From NCBI GenBank assembly GCA_023426225.1, contig JAFABD010000099.1, positions 1-53,971 of the forward strand: a stretch of 53,971 bases of DNA, written 5' to 3'. The notes under the pieces were generated by a model that was given only the letters and a program-made list of their open reading frames with translations, was not told the DNA's origin and made no database searches. How positions within the stretch are numbered: position 1 is the first letter of the stretch; each line of letters begins with the position of its first letter. The translations under genes were made by a program, and so were the position numbers. This stretch comes from Pseudomonadota bacterium. Its GTDB lineage: Bacteria; Pseudomonadota; Alphaproteobacteria; Sphingomonadales; Sphingomonadaceae. Positions 27,500 to 38,153 of this stretch are shown here, piece by piece.

Positions 27500-29776
27500 A
27501 TGAACATGCCCGCCTCCGAACCCGAACCTCCCTACCTGCGCGGTCTCAACCCCGAACAGCGCGAGGCCGTGCTGACAACCGAGGGGCCGGTGCTCGTTCT
27601 TGCCGGAGCAGGCACCGGCAAGACGGCGGCGCTGACCGCCCGCCTCGCTCACCTGTTATGGACGCGGCGCGCCTACCCCAGCGAAATCCTCTCGGTGACC
27701 TTTACCAACAAGGCTGCTCGCGAGATGAAGGAACGTGTCGCCCGACATGTGGGCGATGCGGTCGAAGGAATGCCTTGGCTGGGAACTTTCCACGCCATCG
27801 GCGCGAAGATGCTTCGCCGCCACGCCGAACTGGTCGGTTTACAGTCGAACTTCACCATCCTCGATACCGACGACCAGCTGCGCTTGCTCAAGCAGCTCAT
27901 CCTCGCCGCCGGTCTCGACGAGAAGCGCTGGCCCGCCCGCCAGCTCGCCGGATTGATCGACGGCTGGAAGAACCGCGGGCTCACGCCTGCCGATCTGGAT
28001 GCTGGCGAGTCCGAGCATTTTGCCAATGGTCGCGGCCAGGCAATGTATGCCGCCTATCAGGACCGGCTGCGCGCGCTCAATGCATGCGACTTCGGCGACC
28101 TGCTGTTGCACACGCTCACCATCCTCAAGGCCGACCGCGAGGTGCTGGCACTTTATCAGCGGCGCTTCCGCTACATCATGGTCGACGAATATCAGGACAC
28201 CAATTCGGTCCAGTATCTCTGGCTTCGCCTGCTGGCGCAGGAGCGCAAGAATATCTGCTGCGTCGGAGATGACGATCAGTCGATCTACAGTTGGCGCGGC
28301 GCGCAGGTTGAAAACATCCTAAAGTTCGAACGTGATTTCCCGGGGGCGAAGGTCATCCGCCTCGAGCAGAATTATCGGTCAACGCCGCATATCCTCGGCG
28401 CCGCTTCAGGAATCATCGCCAACAATGGCGGGCGGCTGGGGAAAACGCTTTGGACCGAAAAGGACGCGGGCGAGAAGGTTCGGGTGATCGGCGTGTGGGA
28501 CGGCCCCGAAGAGGCCCGCCGCGTCGGCGACGAGATCGAGACGCTGCAGCATCGCGGGTTGAGCCTCGACCAGATGGCGATCCTGGTCCGGGCACAGCAC
28601 CAGACGCGCGAATTCGAAGACCGCTTCATCGCCATCGGCATGCCCTATCGGATCATCGGCGGCTTCCGCTTCTATGAACGTCAGGAAATCCGGGATGCGC
28701 TCGCCTATTTGCGCGTTGTTGCGCAGCCATCGGACGACCTTGCCTTTGAACGCATCGTCAACGTCCCAAAGCGGGGCTTGGGTGACAAGGCGCTGGCCAA
28801 GGTGCACCAGTTCGCCCGTGCCCACGGCCTGCCCCTGACGGTCGCGGCCGCGCGGATCCTCGATACCGATGAACTGACCCCGCAGGCCCGCCGCGCACTC
28901 GGCAACCTGATCGGCGACCTCGCGCGGTGGCGCTCGCAGGGCGACGTTCTCCAGCACCCGGACCTCGCCCGCCAGATCCTCGACGAGAGCGGCTATACCG
29001 CGATGTGGCAGGCGGATCGCACCGCCGAGGCGGCAGGACGACTCGAAAACCTCAACGAGTTGGTTCGGGCGATGGAGGAATATGAGAGCCTGACCGCCTT
29101 TCTCGAGCATGTCAGCCTTGTGATGGACAATGAGGCTGCGGCCGACGAGGCAAAGGTCACGATCATGACGATCCACGCCGCCAAGGGACTGGAGTTCGAC
29201 ACCGTGTTCCTCGCGGGATGGGAAGAGGGCTTGTTTCCGTCGCAGCGCGCGCTGGACGAAGGCGGGTTGGCGAGCCTGGAAGAAGAGCGCCGGCTGGCCT
29301 ATGTCGCGATCACGCGCGCGCGAAGGCTGGCGGTAATCCTCCACGCGGCCAACCGCCGAATCTACGGGCAGTGGAACTCGTCGCTGCCGAGCCGCTTTGT
29401 CGGCGAATTGCCCCCTGAGCATGTGGAAAGCGAGACGACGATGAGCGGCGGCGCCAGCCTGTGGCGCGCCAACTGGTCCGAACGTGCCGATCCGTTTGCC
29501 GATCACGCTCGCGGGGCCGGACGCGGGCCGGGGTGGCAGCGCGCGGCGGGAACCGGATCGACCTTCACGCGCGAGCCGGCACGCATCGTCGAAGCCCGCG
29601 CCAGCGCCGTCAGTTTTGCCGCAAAGCCTCGCGCCGATCTGGCGGTCGGCGCCCGCGTATTCCACCAGAAGTTCGGTTACGGCACGATCGCGGAGGTCGA
29701 CGGGAACAAGCTCGAGATCGATTTCGAACAGGCCGGACGCAAACGGGTGATCGACAGCTTCGTCAATCCTGCCTGA
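27500..29776 (+). CDS. uvrD: ATP-dependent DNA helicase UvrD/PcrA
   Basis: LAGAGTGKT, TFTNKAA, VDEYQDTN, VGDDDQSIY, LEQNYRS, TIHAAKGLEF and EEERRLAYVAITRA motifs; C-terminal Tudor-like VFHQKFGYG. Confidence 0.96.
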   Translation: MNMPASEPEPPYLRGLNPEQREAVLTTEGPVLVLAGAGTGKTAALTARLAHLLWTRRAYPSEILSVTFTNKAAREMKERVARHVGDAVEGMPWLGTFHAIGAKMLRRHAELVGLQSNFTILDTDDQLRLLKQLILAAGLDEKRWPARQLAGLIDGWKNRGLTPADLDAGESEHFANGRGQAMYAAYQDRLRALNACDFGDLLLHTLTILKADREVLALYQRRFRYIMVDEYQDTNSVQYLWLRLLAQERKNICCVGDDDQSIYSWRGAQVENILKFERDFPGAKVIRLEQNYRSTPHILGAASGIIANNGGRLGKTLWTEKDAGEKVRVIGVWDGPEEARRVGDEIETLQHRGLSLDQMAILVRAQHQTREFEDRFIAIGMPYRIIGGFRFYERQEIRDALAYLRVVAQPSDDLAFERIVNVPKRGLGDKALAKVHQFARAHGLPLTVAAARILDTDELTPQARRALGNLIGDLARWRSQGDVLQHPDLARQILDESGYTAMWQADRTAEAAGRLENLNELVRAMEEYESLTAFLEHVSLVMDNEAAADEAKVTIMTIHAAKGLEFDTVFLAGWEEGLFPSQRALDEGGLASLEEERRLAYVAITRARRLAVILHAANRRIYGQWNSSLPSRFVGELPPEHVESETTMSGGASLWRANWSERADPFADHARGAGRGPGWQRAAGTGSTFTREPARIVEARASAVSFAAKPRADLAVGARVFHQKFGYGTIAEVDGNKLEIDFEQAGRKRVIDSFVNPA

Positions 29777-29789
29777 GCGATTGCAAGGC

Positions 29790-31232
29790 ATGGAACCCGC
29801 CGCGGCTTCGGGTACTGTGCAGGGGGTGAATGCTCCCCTACCGATGTCTCGCTTAGCGATGGCTCGCCGGTTTCAGGCAATCGCGGCGCTTTCGTTCGGC
29901 ACCGCACTGGTGGTGATCGATGGCGCGATCGCCACCGTGGCACTTCCCACGATCGCGCGTGATTTACAGGTCGATGGGTCGGCCGCGGTTGCGGTGGTGA
30001 CGATCTACCAGCTCATGCTGGTCATGCTGCTGCTCCCCTTTTCCGGGCTCGGCGACCGCGTCGGGCTGCGACGCATGTATCAGACGGGGCAGCTGGTCTT
30101 TACCGTCGCCACCATATTGTGCTTCTTCGCCCGAAGCCTGCCGTTCCTGCTGATCGTGCGCGCTGCACAGGCCGCAGGTGCCGCCGCGACGCTCAGCGTT
30201 TCGTCGGCCCTGCTACGGCGTGTTTATCCCCCCGAACAGCTCGGACGCGGGCTCGGGATCAACTCGGTCGTGGTTTCGAGTTCGGCCGCCCTCGCGCCGA
30301 CGCTGGGCGGGCTCGTCCTCGCCGTCGCGCCATGGCCTTGGGTGTTCGCATCGGCCGTACCGTTCGCGATCCTGAGCCTCGCTCTCGGACGGGCACTTCC
30401 GGAAACGCGGTCCTCCGCGCATCCATTCGATCTGGGCGGTGCGTTGCTGTGCGCGGCGATGTTCGGACTGGTGATCGGCGGGCTCGAAAGCGGCGTCCAT
30501 GGCGACAGTCCCGTCGTCTCCGCCGCCGTGGTTGCTGCCGGCATCGTGATCGGCGTCCTGTTCGTCCGGCGCGAACGCGGCAATGCCAGGCCGATCCTGC
30601 CGGTCGATCTGCTTGGACGCCCGGTGCTGGCGCTGTCGACGATCGGTGCCTTCACGGCCTTTATCGCGACGATGACGACGCTGCTGAGCATGCCCTTTCG
30701 CCTTCAGCACGGCTATGGCTTCTCGCCATCCGAGGTCGGTGCCGTGCTTGCCCCCTGGCCGCTCACCACGATGATCGTCGCGCCGCTCGCCGGAACATTG
30801 TCGGATCGTTATCCGGCCGGTGCACTCGGCGGGATCGGCATGGCGGTCGCCTTCGCGGGCCTGATCGCGCTGGCCTTTCTTCCGATGCATCCCGGCTGGT
30901 TCGACATTGCGTGGCGAATGTCGCTCACGGGCGCGGGTTTCGGCCTCTTCCTGTCACCCAACGCGCGGCTTATCATCGGGTCCGCGCCCATCGAACGCGC
31001 TGCGGCAGCCGGCGGCCTGATATCGACCACGCGCATGGTGGGCCAGACAATGGGCGCAACGCTGGTCGCCGCGCTGCTCGCGCTGGGGATGGGGGCAGAT
31101 CGCACTCCCGCCTTCGTTGCCGCCGCGCTGGCTTTCGTCGCCGGCCTGTGCAGCCTGGCGCGCCTGAACCCCGCGATCCGCAACCCTCGCGCGGCTGAGA
31201 CCGAGGCTGTTCGGCCGGCGCAGACCCCGTGA
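29790..31232 (+). CDS. MFS drug:H+ antiporter (DHA2/EmrB-QacA-like)
   Basis: IDGAIATVALPTIA, LGDRVGLRR, LGPT-like LAPTLGG, about 14 hydrophobic segments; start uncertain. Confidence 0.88.
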   Translation: MEPAAASGTVQGVNAPLPMSRLAMARRFQAIAALSFGTALVVIDGAIATVALPTIARDLQVDGSAAVAVVTIYQLMLVMLLLPFSGLGDRVGLRRMYQTGQLVFTVATILCFFARSLPFLLIVRAAQAAGAAATLSVSSALLRRVYPPEQLGRGLGINSVVVSSSAALAPTLGGLVLAVAPWPWVFASAVPFAILSLALGRALPETRSSAHPFDLGGALLCAAMFGLVIGGLESGVHGDSPVVSAAVVAAGIVIGVLFVRRERGNARPILPVDLLGRPVLALSTIGAFTAFIATMTTLLSMPFRLQHGYGFSPSEVGAVLAPWPLTTMIVAPLAGTLSDRYPAGALGGIGMAVAFAGLIALAFLPMHPGWFDIAWRMSLTGAGFGLFLSPNARLIIGSAPIERAAAAGGLISTTRMVGQTMGATLVAALLALGMGADRTPAFVAAALAFVAGLCSLARLNPAIRNPRAAETEAVRPAQTP

Positions 31233-31316
31233 TCGTCGCAAGCCATCGCAAAGCTTGGAAGCGCCAAAGCAAAGGTCCATTGCGGCGCCGCACCAAAGCG
31301 ATCAATAGCGACCGCC

Positions 31317-32645
31317 ATGGCTGATCGATCCCACCCCTTTTCCGTCCCGGATTTTCGCGCCTACTGGACCGCACGACTTGCTTCCACGCTGGCGCAGATG
31401 GCGATGGTGATCGTGATCGGCTGGCAGGTCTACGACCTCGCCCGCCAGTCGATGGGGATCAAGGCGGCCTCCTTCCAGCTCGGGCTTATCGGCGTCGCGC
31501 AGTTTTTGCCGATGCTGTTCCTGTCGCTCTTCTCCGGCTGGCTTGCCGATCGGGTCGATCGCCGATGGATTGCCCGTGCAGCACTGGCGCTGGAGGCCTT
31601 TTGCGCGTTGACCCTGGCCGCACTCACCTACACGCAACTCATCAGCCTTGGGGCACTGTTCGGAGTCGCGGCGCTGCTCGGTGTTGCGCGCGCCTTTGCA
31701 GGACCAGCCCTGGGCGCGCTAGCGCCGAACCTCGTGCCCAAGGCGATCCTGCCGACCGCCATCGCGCTCAGCTCGCTTGCCTGGCAGACGGGAACGGTCA
31801 TCGGGCCGGCGATGGGCGGCTATCTCTACGCTGCGGCGCCGTGGCTGCCCTACGCGGTATCGGGTGCACTTTTCCTGCTGGCGCTGGCGATGATGCTGCT
31901 GATTGGCCCAATCCCCCGCAGCCCAGCCAAGTTTACCGGCAGCCCCTGGGCCCAAATGGTCGACGGCTTGCACTATGTTCGGCGCAACCGGCTGGTGCTC
32001 GGCGCGATCTCGCTCGATCTGTTCGCCGTCCTGCTTGGCGGCGCAACCGCGATGCTGCCCGTCTATGCGCGCGATATCCTGATGGTTGGGTCGGCAGGGC
32101 TGGGTCATCTCCGCGCCGCGCCGGCGGTCGGGGCCGTCGTGACGGCACTGCTGTTTTCGTGGCGGCCGCTCAAGCGCGAAGTGGGAACCAAAATGCTGCT
32201 GGCAGTGGCAGGCTTCGGTCTTGCCACCGTGGTTTTCGGCGCTGCGGCGCCGCTGCTTGTTCCGGTCCTCGGCCCCACGGCGATCGGCCATGATCTTGCC
32301 CCCGCGGTGCTGATCTCGCTCGTCGCACTGTTCGCACTGGGGGCGGCGGACATGGTCTCGGTCTATGTCCGCCAGTCGCTCATCCAGCTCTATACCCCGG
32401 ACGAAATGCGCGGCCGCGTCGGCGCGGTATCGACGCTGTTCATTTCGGGCTCGAACGAACTGGGCGAAGCCGAATCGGGCTTTCTTGCGGCGCTGATCGG
32501 GCCGGTGGCCGCCGTCGTCGGTGGGGGCATCGGTGCGATCCTTGTCACCGCGCTATGGGCCAAGCTATTTCCCGAGTTGAGGCGGGCTCGCACGTTCGAT
32601 CCTCCGGCCAATCTCGACGTTCCTGCCAAGGAGATCACGAAATGA
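31317..32645 (+). CDS. MFS transporter (EntS/DHA3-like)
   Basis: [30 protein letters not shown] and TPDEMRGRV motifs. Confidence 0.88.
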   Translation: MADRSHPFSVPDFRAYWTARLASTLAQMAMVIVIGWQVYDLARQSMGIKAASFQLGLIGVAQFLPMLFLSLFSGWLADRVDRRWIARAALALEAFCALTLAALTYTQLISLGALFGVAALLGVARAFAGPALGALAPNLVPKAILPTAIALSSLAWQTGTVIGPAMGGYLYAAAPWLPYAVSGALFLLALAMMLLIGPIPRSPAKFTGSPWAQMVDGLHYVRRNRLVLGAISLDLFAVLLGGATAMLPVYARDILMVGSAGLGHLRAAPAVGAVVTALLFSWRPLKREVGTKMLLAVAGFGLATVVFGAAAPLLVPVLGPTAIGHDLAPAVLISLVALFALGAADMVSVYVRQSLIQLYTPDEMRGRVGAVSTLFISGSNELGEAESGFLAALIGPVAAVVGGGIGAILVTALWAKLFPELRRARTFDPPANLDVPAKEITK

Positions 32646-33562
32646 AGGCCAACACGATCCTCGAAACCATCGGCAATACGCCGCACGTAAGGCTCAACCG
32701 GCTGTTCCCCGGCGCAGAGGTGTGGATCAAGTCAGAACGCGGCAATCCGGGCGGTTCGATCAAGGACCGTATCGCGCTGGCGATGATCGAGGCTGCCGAA
32801 GCCGAAGGCGTGCTGAAGCCGGGCGGGACGATCGTCGAACCGACAAGCGGCAATACCGGCGTCGGCTTGGCGATGGTCGCGGCGGTGAAGGGCTACCGGC
32901 TGATCCTCGTCATGCCGGAAAGCATGTCGCTCGAACGGCGGCGGCTGATGCTTGCCTATGGCGCAACCTTCGATCTCACCCCGCGCGAAAAGGGGATGAA
33001 GGGCGCAATCGAACGCGCGATGGAGCTCGTCGAAACCACGCCCGGCGCGTGGATGCCCCAGCAGTTCGAAAACCCCGCCAATGTCGCTGTTCACGCCCGC
33101 ACCACCGCGCAGGAAATTTTGAACGATTTCCGCGACACGCCGATCGACGTGCTGATCACCGGTGTCGGCACCGGCGGACACATCACGGGCGTCGCCGAGA
33201 CGCTCAAGCAGCATTGGCCTGCGCTCAAGGTGTTCGCCGTCGAGCCGACGCTGTCGCCGGTGATCTCGGGCGGCCAGCCCGGCCCGCATCCGATCCAGGG
33301 CATCGGCGCGGGCTTTATTCCCCGCAATCTCCACACCGACGCGATCGACGGTGTGGTTCAGGTTGACGGCAACGATGCCAAGGAAATGGCACGGCGTTCG
33401 GCACGTGAGGAAGGGATGCTCGTCGGCATCAGTTCAGGGGCCACGCTCGCGGCAATTGGGCAAAAGCTCGGCGAGCTGCCCACGGGGTCGCGCGTTCTCG
33501 GGTTCAACTATGACACTGGCGAACGCTATCTGAGCGTCCCCGACTTCCTTCCGGAAAGCTGA
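32642..33562 (+). CDS. cysK: Cysteine synthase A
   Basis: [11 protein letters not shown] (PLP lysine), [23 protein letters not shown] and DTGERYLS motifs. Confidence 0.96.
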   Translation: MKANTILETIGNTPHVRLNRLFPGAEVWIKSERGNPGGSIKDRIALAMIEAAEAEGVLKPGGTIVEPTSGNTGVGLAMVAAVKGYRLILVMPESMSLERRRLMLAYGATFDLTPREKGMKGAIERAMELVETTPGAWMPQQFENPANVAVHARTTAQEILNDFRDTPIDVLITGVGTGGHITGVAETLKQHWPALKVFAVEPTLSPVISGGQPGPHPIQGIGAGFIPRNLHTDAIDGVVQVDGNDAKEMARRSAREEGMLVGISSGATLAAIGQKLGELPTGSRVLGFNYDTGERYLSVPDFLPES

Positions 33563-33690
33563 CGACTTTCCTGCCCGGCGCCGTCCCACCGCGGGGCGGC
33601 GCTTCGGTATCGTGCGGGGATATTTCCGGCGCGAACCGCGTTACGGCACCGCAATGGTTCTCTACCCATCCCTCCTAGCAGCCGTGGGCG

Positions 33691-35181
33691 ATGCGCTTTG
33701 CAGCGTTTCGACCGCGACGGCCGTTCGACGCTGACGCGATGGACGGTCTATCGCTTCCTGCCGCGGAGACGCTTGCGTCGCCTGAAAGCACCGTCGCCCG
33801 ATCCGGATCGGATCGTCGGCTCTCGCCCCTGCTGATCGCCTTTCTGATCGCGACGGCGCTGGCCGCCCTGCTCGGCCCGGCCCTTCTGGTTCGCAATGGC
33901 CCGCGAACGATCACCCGCGGGGGTGAGACGGTATTGATCCCCCGGCGCGTCGTCCCCGCGACCGAGCTTCCCAAGGTGGATCCCGTCGAACTACAGGCCG
34001 TCGACCCCGATGACGCGCGCGCCATCAATGCCGCAATCGCATTTTCGACCAAGCCCAATCCCGCCGCGCGCCCCTTCCGCATCGATGGCGCGGCGGATAG
34101 TCGGGCACGCGCTGTCGATTGCCTCGCTGCCGCCGTCTATTACGAGGCTGGCGATGACGCTGTCGGCGAACGAGCAGTGGCACAGGTTGTGATCAACCGC
34201 GTTCGCCACCCGGCCTTCCCCAAAACCATCTGCGGGGTCGTGTTCCAGGGATCCGAACGCTCGACCGGCTGCCAGTTCACCTTCACCTGCGACGGCGCCC
34301 TGCTGCGCTACAGCCCCACCCCGATCGCCTGGCAACGCGCGCGGGAGATCGCGTCCTCGGCCCTGAACGGCGCGGTCTATCGCTCGGTCGGGCACGCGAC
34401 ACATTATCATACCGATTGGGTCGTCCCCTATTGGAGCGCAAGCCTCGAGAAGATCACTGCGGTCCACACGCACCTTTTCTACCGTTGGGCAGGATGGTGG
34501 GGAACGCCGCCGGCATTCAATCGCGACTATATCGCCGCGGAACCGAGCATCGCGGCTTTGGCGCGGCTGTCGAACCTCCACAAGGAAGGTCTGGGCACGG
34601 CGCCCGATGATGCCGGGGGCATTGCCGCGGCAGGCACCGACCCCGCCTCCATTCCGGCGGCGGTCGTTCCGGGCGCCATTGCGCCGACGGGTCCGGAGTC
34701 CAACATTTTCCTCGTGACGCTCGATCAGCGTCTCAATCCGGATGCGTTTGCCGCGCTTGCGATCCGCACCTGCGGCGAGCGCCCATATTGCAAATTCATG
34801 GCCTGGAGCGATCCGCGCGACAAGCCGGCGCACCTGCCCGCAACGCCTGCGCAGATTGCAACGCTCTCGTTCAGCTATCTGCGCGACCAGCCCCAGGGCT
34901 TCGCCAAGGCGCTGTGGAATTGTCAGCAGTTCAAGCGGCCGAGCCCGGTACAGTGCATGCGCGCGACACTGGCCGCGCCGCCCTCGGCGCGCGAAACGCC
35001 CGTCGGACCGGCAATCCAGCCCGTCGTCGCGGTCGATCGCTTGCCGGGCGGGCGTGATGTCACCGCGCCGCTGACAGGTATTCGTCGCAAGCCGGCCGAA
35101 AGCACCCGCACGACGATCGAGCGCCCCACCGCCATGGCCACGCCGACGCCGGGGTCGCCACCGTCGCAAGCGCGCGAATAG
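33691..35181 (+). CDS. Cell wall hydrolase (SleB/Hydrolase_2 family) with extra Cys-containing C-terminal domain
   Basis: CLAAAVYYEAG, VAQVVINRVRHPAFPKTICGVVFQG, CQFTFTCDG and ATHYHTDWVVPYW; N-terminal TM; start may be 33739. Confidence 0.9.
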   Translation: MRFAAFRPRRPFDADAMDGLSLPAAETLASPESTVARSGSDRRLSPLLIAFLIATALAALLGPALLVRNGPRTITRGGETVLIPRRVVPATELPKVDPVELQAVDPDDARAINAAIAFSTKPNPAARPFRIDGAADSRARAVDCLAAAVYYEAGDDAVGERAVAQVVINRVRHPAFPKTICGVVFQGSERSTGCQFTFTCDGALLRYSPTPIAWQRAREIASSALNGAVYRSVGHATHYHTDWVVPYWSASLEKITAVHTHLFYRWAGWWGTPPAFNRDYIAAEPSIAALARLSNLHKEGLGTAPDDAGGIAAAGTDPASIPAAVVPGAIAPTGPESNIFLVTLDQRLNPDAFAALAIRTCGERPYCKFMAWSDPRDKPAHLPATPAQIATLSFSYLRDQPQGFAKALWNCQQFKRPSPVQCMRATLAAPPSARETPVGPAIQPVVAVDRLPGGRDVTAPLTGIRRKPAESTRTTIERPTAMATPTPGSPPSQARE

Positions 35182-35220
35182 CCCGGCCCAGCGGCCGGAT
35201 TGTTTCGGCACCGGCACGCG

Positions 35221-35252
35221 AAAAGGGGGAACGGCGCTGGCGCCGCTCCCCC
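35221..35252 (-). terminator. Intrinsic terminator of the acyl-CoA dehydrogenase transcript
   Basis: GGGGGA-ACGGCGC...GCGCCG-CTCCCCC hairpin with AAAA on its left (U-tract on the minus strand). Confidence 0.65.
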
Positions 35253-35279
35253 TCCGGATCCATTCCGCGTCGCTGATGA

Positions 35280-37082
35280 TCAGGCCGCGCGGAACATTTC
35301 CGGCTCGAGCGCCATCACCGTCTCGCTCCCCGCCTCGATCTTGCGGCGCAGCGCACTCGCGTCGGGCAGGAAGCGCTCGCCATAGAAGCGCGCGGTAACC
35401 AGCTTGGTCTTCAGGAACTTGGCGTCACCGGTTCCGGCCGCAAGCTGCTCGGTCGCCGCGCGCGCCATCTTCAGCCACATCAGGCCCAGAGCGACGGTGC
35501 CCGTCAGCTGCATATAGGGATAAGCGCCCGCGCCGACATGGTTCGGGTTCTGGAAACCATTGGCGGCAAGCCACATCGTGGCACCCTGCAGATGCCCCAG
35601 CGCCTTTTCGAGCGCTTCCGCCAGCGGCGCGAGCTGTTCGTCGCCCTTGCCGGCTGCCACCTCGTCGCCGACCATCTTGAAGAAGGCCTGGACGGCGCGC
35701 CCGCCATTCATCGCGAGCTTGCGGCCGACCAGATCCATCGCCTGAACGCCGTTGGTGCCCTCATAGATCATGGCGATACGGGCATCGCGCACATACTGCT
35801 CCATGCCCCATTCGGCGATATAGCCATGCCCGCCATAGACCTGCTGCGCGTCGGTCGCGACCTTGTAGCCGATGTCGGTGCCGAAGCCCTTGATGACCGG
35901 CGTGAGCAGTCCGATCAGATCACCCGCAAGCTGACGGGCCTCCTCGCTCTCGGCCTGGTGCTCAAGATCGACCTGCAGCGCCCCCCACAAGCACAGTGCC
36001 CGCAGGCCCTCGGTCAGCGACTTCGCTTCCATCAGCATGCGACGCACATCGGGATGCACGAAAAGCGTGTCGGCCTTCTCACCCGGCTCCGCCGGCCCCG
36101 TGAGCGCACGCCCCTGGCGACGATCGCCGGCGTACTGGACCGCATTCTGGAGCGCCGTTTCCGCCACGCCGAGCCCCTGCAGGCCGACACCCAGACGTGC
36201 TGCGTTCATCATGATGAACATCGCGGCGAGACCTTTCATCTCGTCGCCGACGAGCCACCCCTTGGCCCCGTCATAGTTCATGACGCAGGTGGCGTTGCCG
36301 TGAATGCCCATCTTGTGCTCGATCGAGCCGCAGGTGACCGCGTTGCGCTCGCCCAGCGAACCATCGTCGTTCACCAGGAACTTCGGTACCAGAAAGAGCG
36401 AGATTCCCTTGGTGCTGTCGGGTGCGCCGGGCGTCTTGGCAAGCACCAGATGGATGATGTTGCTCGTCAGGTCGTGCTCGCCCGACGAGATGAAGATTTT
36501 GGTCCCGGTCACCGACCAGCTGCCATCGGCGTTCGGCTCGGCACGGGTACGGATCAAGCCCAGATCGGTGCCGCAATGCGGTTCGGTGAGGTTCATCGTC
36601 CCTCCCCATTCACCCGCCACCATCCGCGGCACGTACTTGGCCTTCTGCTCGTCCGAGCCCTTGACCAACAGAGCGGCGATCGCGCCGTGCGTCAGCCCCG
36701 GATACATGGCGAACGCCATGTTGGCGCTGACCATATATTCCTCGAACGCGCTCGCGATGACGTGCGGCATGCCCTGCCCGCCAAACTCCACGGGCGCGCT
36801 CAGCGTTCCCCAGCCGCTCTCGGTGAACTTGGCATAGGCTTCCTTGAAACCGTCCGGCGTCGTGACGCTGCCGTCGTCGTGGCGGGTGCAGCCCTGCTGG
36901 TCGCCGCTGTGGTTCAGCGGAAACAGCACTTCGGCAACAAAGCGACCACCCTCATCCAGGATCGCGTCGACCATGTCGGGCGTCGCGTTCTCAAAGCCGG
37001 GAAGCCCGGCGAAGCGATCGAGCCCGACCACCGATTCCAGGATAAAGCGCGTATCGCGCACGGGCGGAGTATATTGCGGCAT
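35280..37082 (-). CDS. Acyl-CoA dehydrogenase (FadE5/DmdC-like, 600 aa)
   Basis: GTMNLTEPHCGTDL, GTKIFIS, EHKMGIHG, QVYGGHGYI and IYEGTNGVQ motifs. Confidence 0.95.
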   Translation of the reverse strand: MPQYTPPVRDTRFILESVVGLDRFAGLPGFENATPDMVDAILDEGGRFVAEVLFPLNHSGDQQGCTRHDDGSVTTPDGFKEAYAKFTESGWGTLSAPVEFGGQGMPHVIASAFEEYMVSANMAFAMYPGLTHGAIAALLVKGSDEQKAKYVPRMVAGEWGGTMNLTEPHCGTDLGLIRTRAEPNADGSWSVTGTKIFISSGEHDLTSNIIHLVLAKTPGAPDSTKGISLFLVPKFLVNDDGSLGERNAVTCGSIEHKMGIHGNATCVMNYDGAKGWLVGDEMKGLAAMFIMMNAARLGVGLQGLGVAETALQNAVQYAGDRRQGRALTGPAEPGEKADTLFVHPDVRRMLMEAKSLTEGLRALCLWGALQVDLEHQAESEEARQLAGDLIGLLTPVIKGFGTDIGYKVATDAQQVYGGHGYIAEWGMEQYVRDARIAMIYEGTNGVQAMDLVGRKLAMNGGRAVQAFFKMVGDEVAAGKGDEQLAPLAEALEKALGHLQGATMWLAANGFQNPNHVGAGAYPYMQLTGTVALGLMWLKMARAATEQLAAGTGDAKFLKTKLVTARFYGERFLPDASALRRKIEAGSETVMALEPEMFRAA

Positions 37083-37093
37083 TCCAGGGTTCC

Positions 37094-37528
37094 TCAGGCT
37101 TGATTGATGTTCTGGAGCAGGTGGACGAACGAATCGAGTTCCTCGATCGCAGCGTCGATGTCGCGCTTTTGCGCTTCCAGCGATGCAATCCGCTCGCGGC
37201 AGCGCTCAAGCGTGACCTGACGCTGGACACGGCGACCATCGCCCATGTCGTAGAGGTCGAGCATCTCGCGAATTTCGGCCAGGCTGAAGCCGACGCGTTT
37301 GCCGCGAAGGATCCAGGCGAGCCGCGCGCGATCGCGATGCGAATAGATCCGCACCGTTCCCCGTCGCTCGGGCGCAATCAGGCCCTCATCCTCGTAAAAT
37401 CGAAGCGCGCGCGGGGTCACGCTGAACTCGGCGCACAGATCGGTGATGGAGAAGGCATCGCGGTCGGTGCGCGGTTCGATTGGCGCCAGACCCGCAACGT
37501 TCATAACGGCTTGAGCAGCAGCAGACAT
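37094..37528 (-). CDS. liuR: MerR-family transcriptional regulator (LiuR-like)
   Basis: FSITDLCAEFSVTPRALRFYEDEGL, ILRGKRVGFSLAEIREMLDLY; adjacent to an acyl-CoA dehydrogenase; operator upstream. Confidence 0.85.
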   Translation of the reverse strand: MSAAAQAVMNVAGLAPIEPRTDRDAFSITDLCAEFSVTPRALRFYEDEGLIAPERRGTVRIYSHRDRARLAWILRGKRVGFSLAEIREMLDLYDMGDGRRVQRQVTLERCRERIASLEAQKRDIDAAIEELDSFVHLLQNINQA

Positions 37529-37534
37529 GCCACG

Positions 37535-37563
37535 AATGTAATTTACCCTTACGTGAACGTCAA
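37535..37563 (-). promoter_or_regulatory. Sigma70 promoter with embedded LiuR operator; leaderless transcript
   Basis: Minus strand TTGACG-TTCACGTAAGGGTAAAT(17)-TACATT-cgtggc-ATG; contains the TTGACGTTCACGTAA palindrome-like LiuR motif. Confidence 0.75.
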
Positions 37564-37610
37564 TAAGGTGCACATGCCGGTTCCGGCTCCGCCCGCCTCC
37601 GGCCGGCGCT

Positions 37611-38153
37611 TCAATCGCTGCACAGCATCCGCCCGCCCCGATCGCGCAATGCGACCGCCTCGGCGCCCGAATCGCTGATGCGTTCGACGCTGAGTCCCGA
37701 CAGCGAGGCTCGTCCGGTGCACGCGGACGAACACCCCGCCGGAACAGCTCCCGGAAAGCAGATCACGTCTCCGTCGATCCGCGCCTCGAACCGGCAGTTC
37801 GGCCCCAATGTCAGCGACAGCCGGTCGCCGTCGCGCGTCGCGGTCCCGTTCGCACTGCATGCATGCGATTCGCCGTAATCGACGATCACGCCCGCGCGCA
37901 ACGAAGCCGCTTCGTTCGCCCCCGCCTTGGTTGCGGCGATGCAAAGCCGGTCACTCCCCCGCGCATAGACGCCCACCGGATCAAGATCGTCAGGAGCCCG
38001 AACCAGACCGCGTTCAGTCGCGGTGGCTTCGAGCTGCTCAGCCGGATCGGCAGCGGCAACAGGCTTGTTCGGGCCGCCGTTACAGCCGGGGACCAGCAAG
38101 AGCGCCGGCATTGACCACAAGGCCGCCAAGGCTGCCCCTCGCCAATCCGTCAT
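37611..38153 (-). CDS. Hypothetical Cys-rich lipoprotein
   Basis: Lipobox-like LVPG-C plus six further Cys; ATGA overlap with the hisI stop. Confidence 0.7.
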   Translation of the reverse strand: MTDWRGAALAALWSMPALLLVPGCNGGPNKPVAAADPAEQLEATATERGLVRAPDDLDPVGVYARGSDRLCIAATKAGANEAASLRAGVIVDYGESHACSANGTATRDGDRLSLTLGPNCRFEARIDGDVICFPGAVPAGCSSACTGRASLSGLSVERISDSGAEAVALRDRGGRMLCSD

